In this document: positions 61,160 to 64,000 of the stretch, in pieces | How the letters are laid out: each line of letters starts with the position of its first letter | Numbering within the stretch: position 1 is the stretch's first letter | Assembly: GCA_963823665.1 (NCBI GenBank) | Contig: CAWGMQ010000010.1 | Span: forward strand, 1,312,001-1,376,000 | Direction: 5' to 3' | Source: an uncultured Planctomycetota bacterium | GTDB lineage: Bacteria; Planctomycetota; Planctomycetia; Isosphaerales; Isosphaeraceae | Length of the DNA: 64,000 bases | Notes under the pieces: model-generated | Database searches by the model: none | Told to the model about the DNA's origin: nothing | The model's input: only the letters and a program-made list of their open reading frames with translations | Program-made: the position numbers and the translations under genes

Positions 61160-64000
61160 ATGTCCGAAATGCGGAGGGCGCTCGCGCGAGCGCCGGAAGA
61201 GCTGAGCAAGGGCGCCAAGGGGCGCTCCGCAGCGATTCGACTCGCTCTCGTTGTCGTCGCAGTGCCTGCACTGGCCGTTGCCGGGATCAAGATCTACACG
61301 ACCATTGCGGAGGAACTCAAGAAGCCGGAGCCGCCTCCCAGGCCCGCCGCGCCAGGTACAGCCGGCTTCGACAGGCAAACCGGCCCAAGCGACGGACAAA
61401 CCGGCCCAAGCGACTCGGGAATGGTCACGGCCCGCAGCCGCGTGTCGGTCTACCCGCCGGCGGCCGGCACGGCAGCGCCAGCAACGATCGCGCTCGGAAT
61501 GCCGTTCGCCGCCCAGGCGCCCGGGTTCAGCAGGAGCGCACGGGCAGGAATTCTGGAGCGCGAGCTGATCCGGCAAGCTTTCCTGCTCGCGGCCCGCGAC
61601 GAGCTGGGCCTGCTCACCCGGGACGAGGTGCTGGGAGAACGGTCGAACCCCGCGGCGCAAGAGACTCCGGTGCCGATATCTCCACGATCTCATGGCAAGG
61701 CGGATTGATCCGTCTCGTCATCCGCCCGTCGGAGGGACTTGAGAGCGAATCGCTGCTCGACCGCGATCTGACCAAAACGGCCGCCGCAGCCGGCGAGCCT
61801 TCAAGCGGCGACCCGGCTCCCGAAGACCTGGCCAATCTGACCGAACGGACCGAGGAGCTCTCGCGAAAGGAGCTGCCTGCAGTCCTGCAAAAGCTCGGCC
61901 TCCGCGGCAAGCCGAACCTGGTGAAGCCTGACGCAGCAGTGCCCTTTTTGATCGAGAATCGACTCTCCGGCCTCGGGTTCACCGAGGTCTTCGCGGCAAT
62001 TAAAGATCTGCATGCGCTGATCCGTGCCGATGGTGAATCGCCCGTTCGCGTGGGGGCCCTGGTTCGCGGCTACGCCCTCCTGGGTTTGCTGTCCGAGTTC
62101 CAGTGGCATCCCGCGCACAAGGCCTACAAAGCCCGTTCGCTCTTGTATGCTCAGCGGCTCTTCGCGCGCGGGCCGAAAGATCCATGGGGGCTTTGGCACA
62201 GGGCTTTTGCCGAAGCGATTGTGGGACTGCACAAGGACGCGATCGCGGACCTGAGGGCTGCCGAGACAGCGCACGAGGCGTCCGGGAAAACGCTTCGACC
62301 TTCCTGGGTCGACGCAATCTCCGCACTCGCACGCTGTGATGCCACGGCGCTGCAAGCCAGGGGAGGTCCACATTCGAAGCTTCAGTCCCTTCTCCGAATG
62401 ACGTTGCTCGAATTCCCCGCGGCGCCCAACGTCACGCTGCCGGCTGCTTCCGACGTCATCAAGCTCGAGCCCGACTGCTATCGGGCGATCGACGCCATGT
62501 GTGCGATCCGGGCGGTATCGACCCTTCACGTCGTGACGCTGCTCGGCCCTCAAACACTTGAAGAAGCGCTGCCGAAAAAGCTCAGCGCGATCGAGTCGCT
62601 GCCGCCTGCCGTACAGGCATTCCTGAAAAAGCCGGAGGGTGGCTCGATCGAGCTGGCGGGGCTGCTCGAGCAAGCCGCCGCACGGGGCCAGGATGCCGGC
62701 GAGTTGTCATGGAGCGCGCTCGGGCACCTGATCCGCGAAACCCAGTTCATCCACGTCTATCGCCGGCTTCTGTTCATGAAGGTCATCTGGAGCGTGCCGG
62801 TCGATGATTTCTGGTCCGAGGCGCGGGGCTGGGTCGCCGGCCATCCGCTCGAGCCTTTGCTCGCGGCACTCGCTAGAGCCTCGGTCCCTGCGAGTCAGCA
62901 ATTCAGTTCTCTGAGTATGGAAAATCTTGAACCGCCAGCAGCCGAGCTGTTTCGGCTCAATGACAGGGTGCTCAGCCCCCGCACGCCTCTATTTACCGCG
63001 TCGACGGACAATCATTCCGACCACGTCGTGCGCGACATCTCGCTCAGAATGCGTAACTTCCTGGAGGGACAGGGTGCCCTTGATATCGCCGCATCCGCCA
63101 GGTTGCTTCTGGCCGTCAGCCCGCACTCGCAGTATGCCAGAGGCAACCTGATCGAACACGACTGGGAACTCGCGAAGTCGCACCTGGCGGAATGGGAAAA
63201 GGAAGCCGCTGGCTCGCCGACACTCCTGGGTGCGATCGCCCGACGCTATCAGGCCATGGGAAAGACCGACGCCGCCGAGCGATTGCTCGCCGAGTACATC
63301 AAGCTGTCGCCCGACTACTGGGCGTTCGAGATGCTGGCCGCGATCTTCAAGAAAAAGGGCGATGAGGCCCGCTGGCTCGAAGTCCTCGAGAAGTTTCTGA
63401 AGGAAGGGGGCGACCCCGGTCTTGATCAGGCCCGCGTCCGCGTCGAGCTCGCCAATCACTACATGAGCCAAAAACAGTGGGACAAGGCCAGGCCCTATGC
63501 AGACGCCGCCGCCACCACCGGTGCGGGCTGGGCGATGATTTGCGCTCAAACCTGCGCGGAAGGCCGTAAGGATTGGGCCCAGGCAGAGCAGTGGGCCCGC
63601 GCGACCAGCGAGCGTTACCCGGCAGAGGCCTGGGATCGTTGGTACGTTCTGTGCAAGGCAAGCGGCACCGGCGACGTTGAAGCGGCCTTCGCGTTCACCA
63701 ATCAGTGGGTCACCGACAACGTCCAGGGAGCCTCGCCCGACTCTCTCGCTCGAATCGCCTCGTTCTACGTGGCCAGCGAAGAGCCCCAGAAAGCCCTGCC
63801 GATCTTTCGCCAGTTATACGCGTCGTCGCCGTCAACCGCGGGTTGCGCGATCGCCTGGCTCATTGCCGACCTGGTCGACGATCAAGCCGCCCGCGACGAG
63901 TATTTCTCGTTCATGGAAAACCGCCACAAGACCGATTCTCCCCACACGGCGGCGACCTGGCGGTTCTTTCGCCAGGCGCTCGATCGCGATGGTGGAAAAT
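61160..64000 (+). CDS. Large membrane-anchored TPR protein (frameshift ~61675; runs off right edge)
   Basis: TM segment IRLALVVVAVPALAVAGI; long helical frame from 61681 with TPR-like AERLLAEYIKLSPDYWAFEMLA. Start uncertain. Confidence 0.7.

Noticed and set aside
61370..61413. 21-bp tandem duplication
   Set aside because: In-frame low-complexity linker (QTGPSD twice); unremarkable.
6000..61700. Many frameshifted genes as true pseudogenes or programmed frameshifts
   Set aside because: Single-base indels are scattered through otherwise intact genes (nagA, radical SAM, S53, oxidoreductase) without in-frame stops or slippery-site patterns; most likely uncorrected long-read errors.

Overview
High-GC window that looks like a planctomycete (Isosphaeraceae-like), judging by LExR-motif surface proteins, a DUF1501/DUF1800 pair, Uma2 nucleases and a large ECF sigma factor. 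Many single-base frameshifts in ordinary genes are probably assembly errors. The main feature is a ~15.9-kb integrated element (about 12253-28156) with all genes on the minus strand. It encodes a tyrosine integrase, small HTH/AlpA-like proteins, a DUF3987-type replication protein with an adjacent iteron-like origin, a terminase large subunit split into two genes, an HK97-type major capsid protein and a RelE/XRE toxin-antitoxin pair. I see no portal, prohead protease, tail or lysis genes. Its ends carry an imperfect 18-bp direct repeat (8-bp identical core GATACGCA) that lies inside the integrase gene: excision would fuse the integrase in frame to an 89-aa tail stranded at the far end of the element. 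Outside the element are enediyne-cassette genes unbV/unbU at the left edge, nagA, pyrG, several internally deleted pseudogenes, a hydrolase-caspase-sigma-sedolisin locus, a giant SBBP/Calx-beta surface protein and a TPR protein with an FrpC-like self-processing module.
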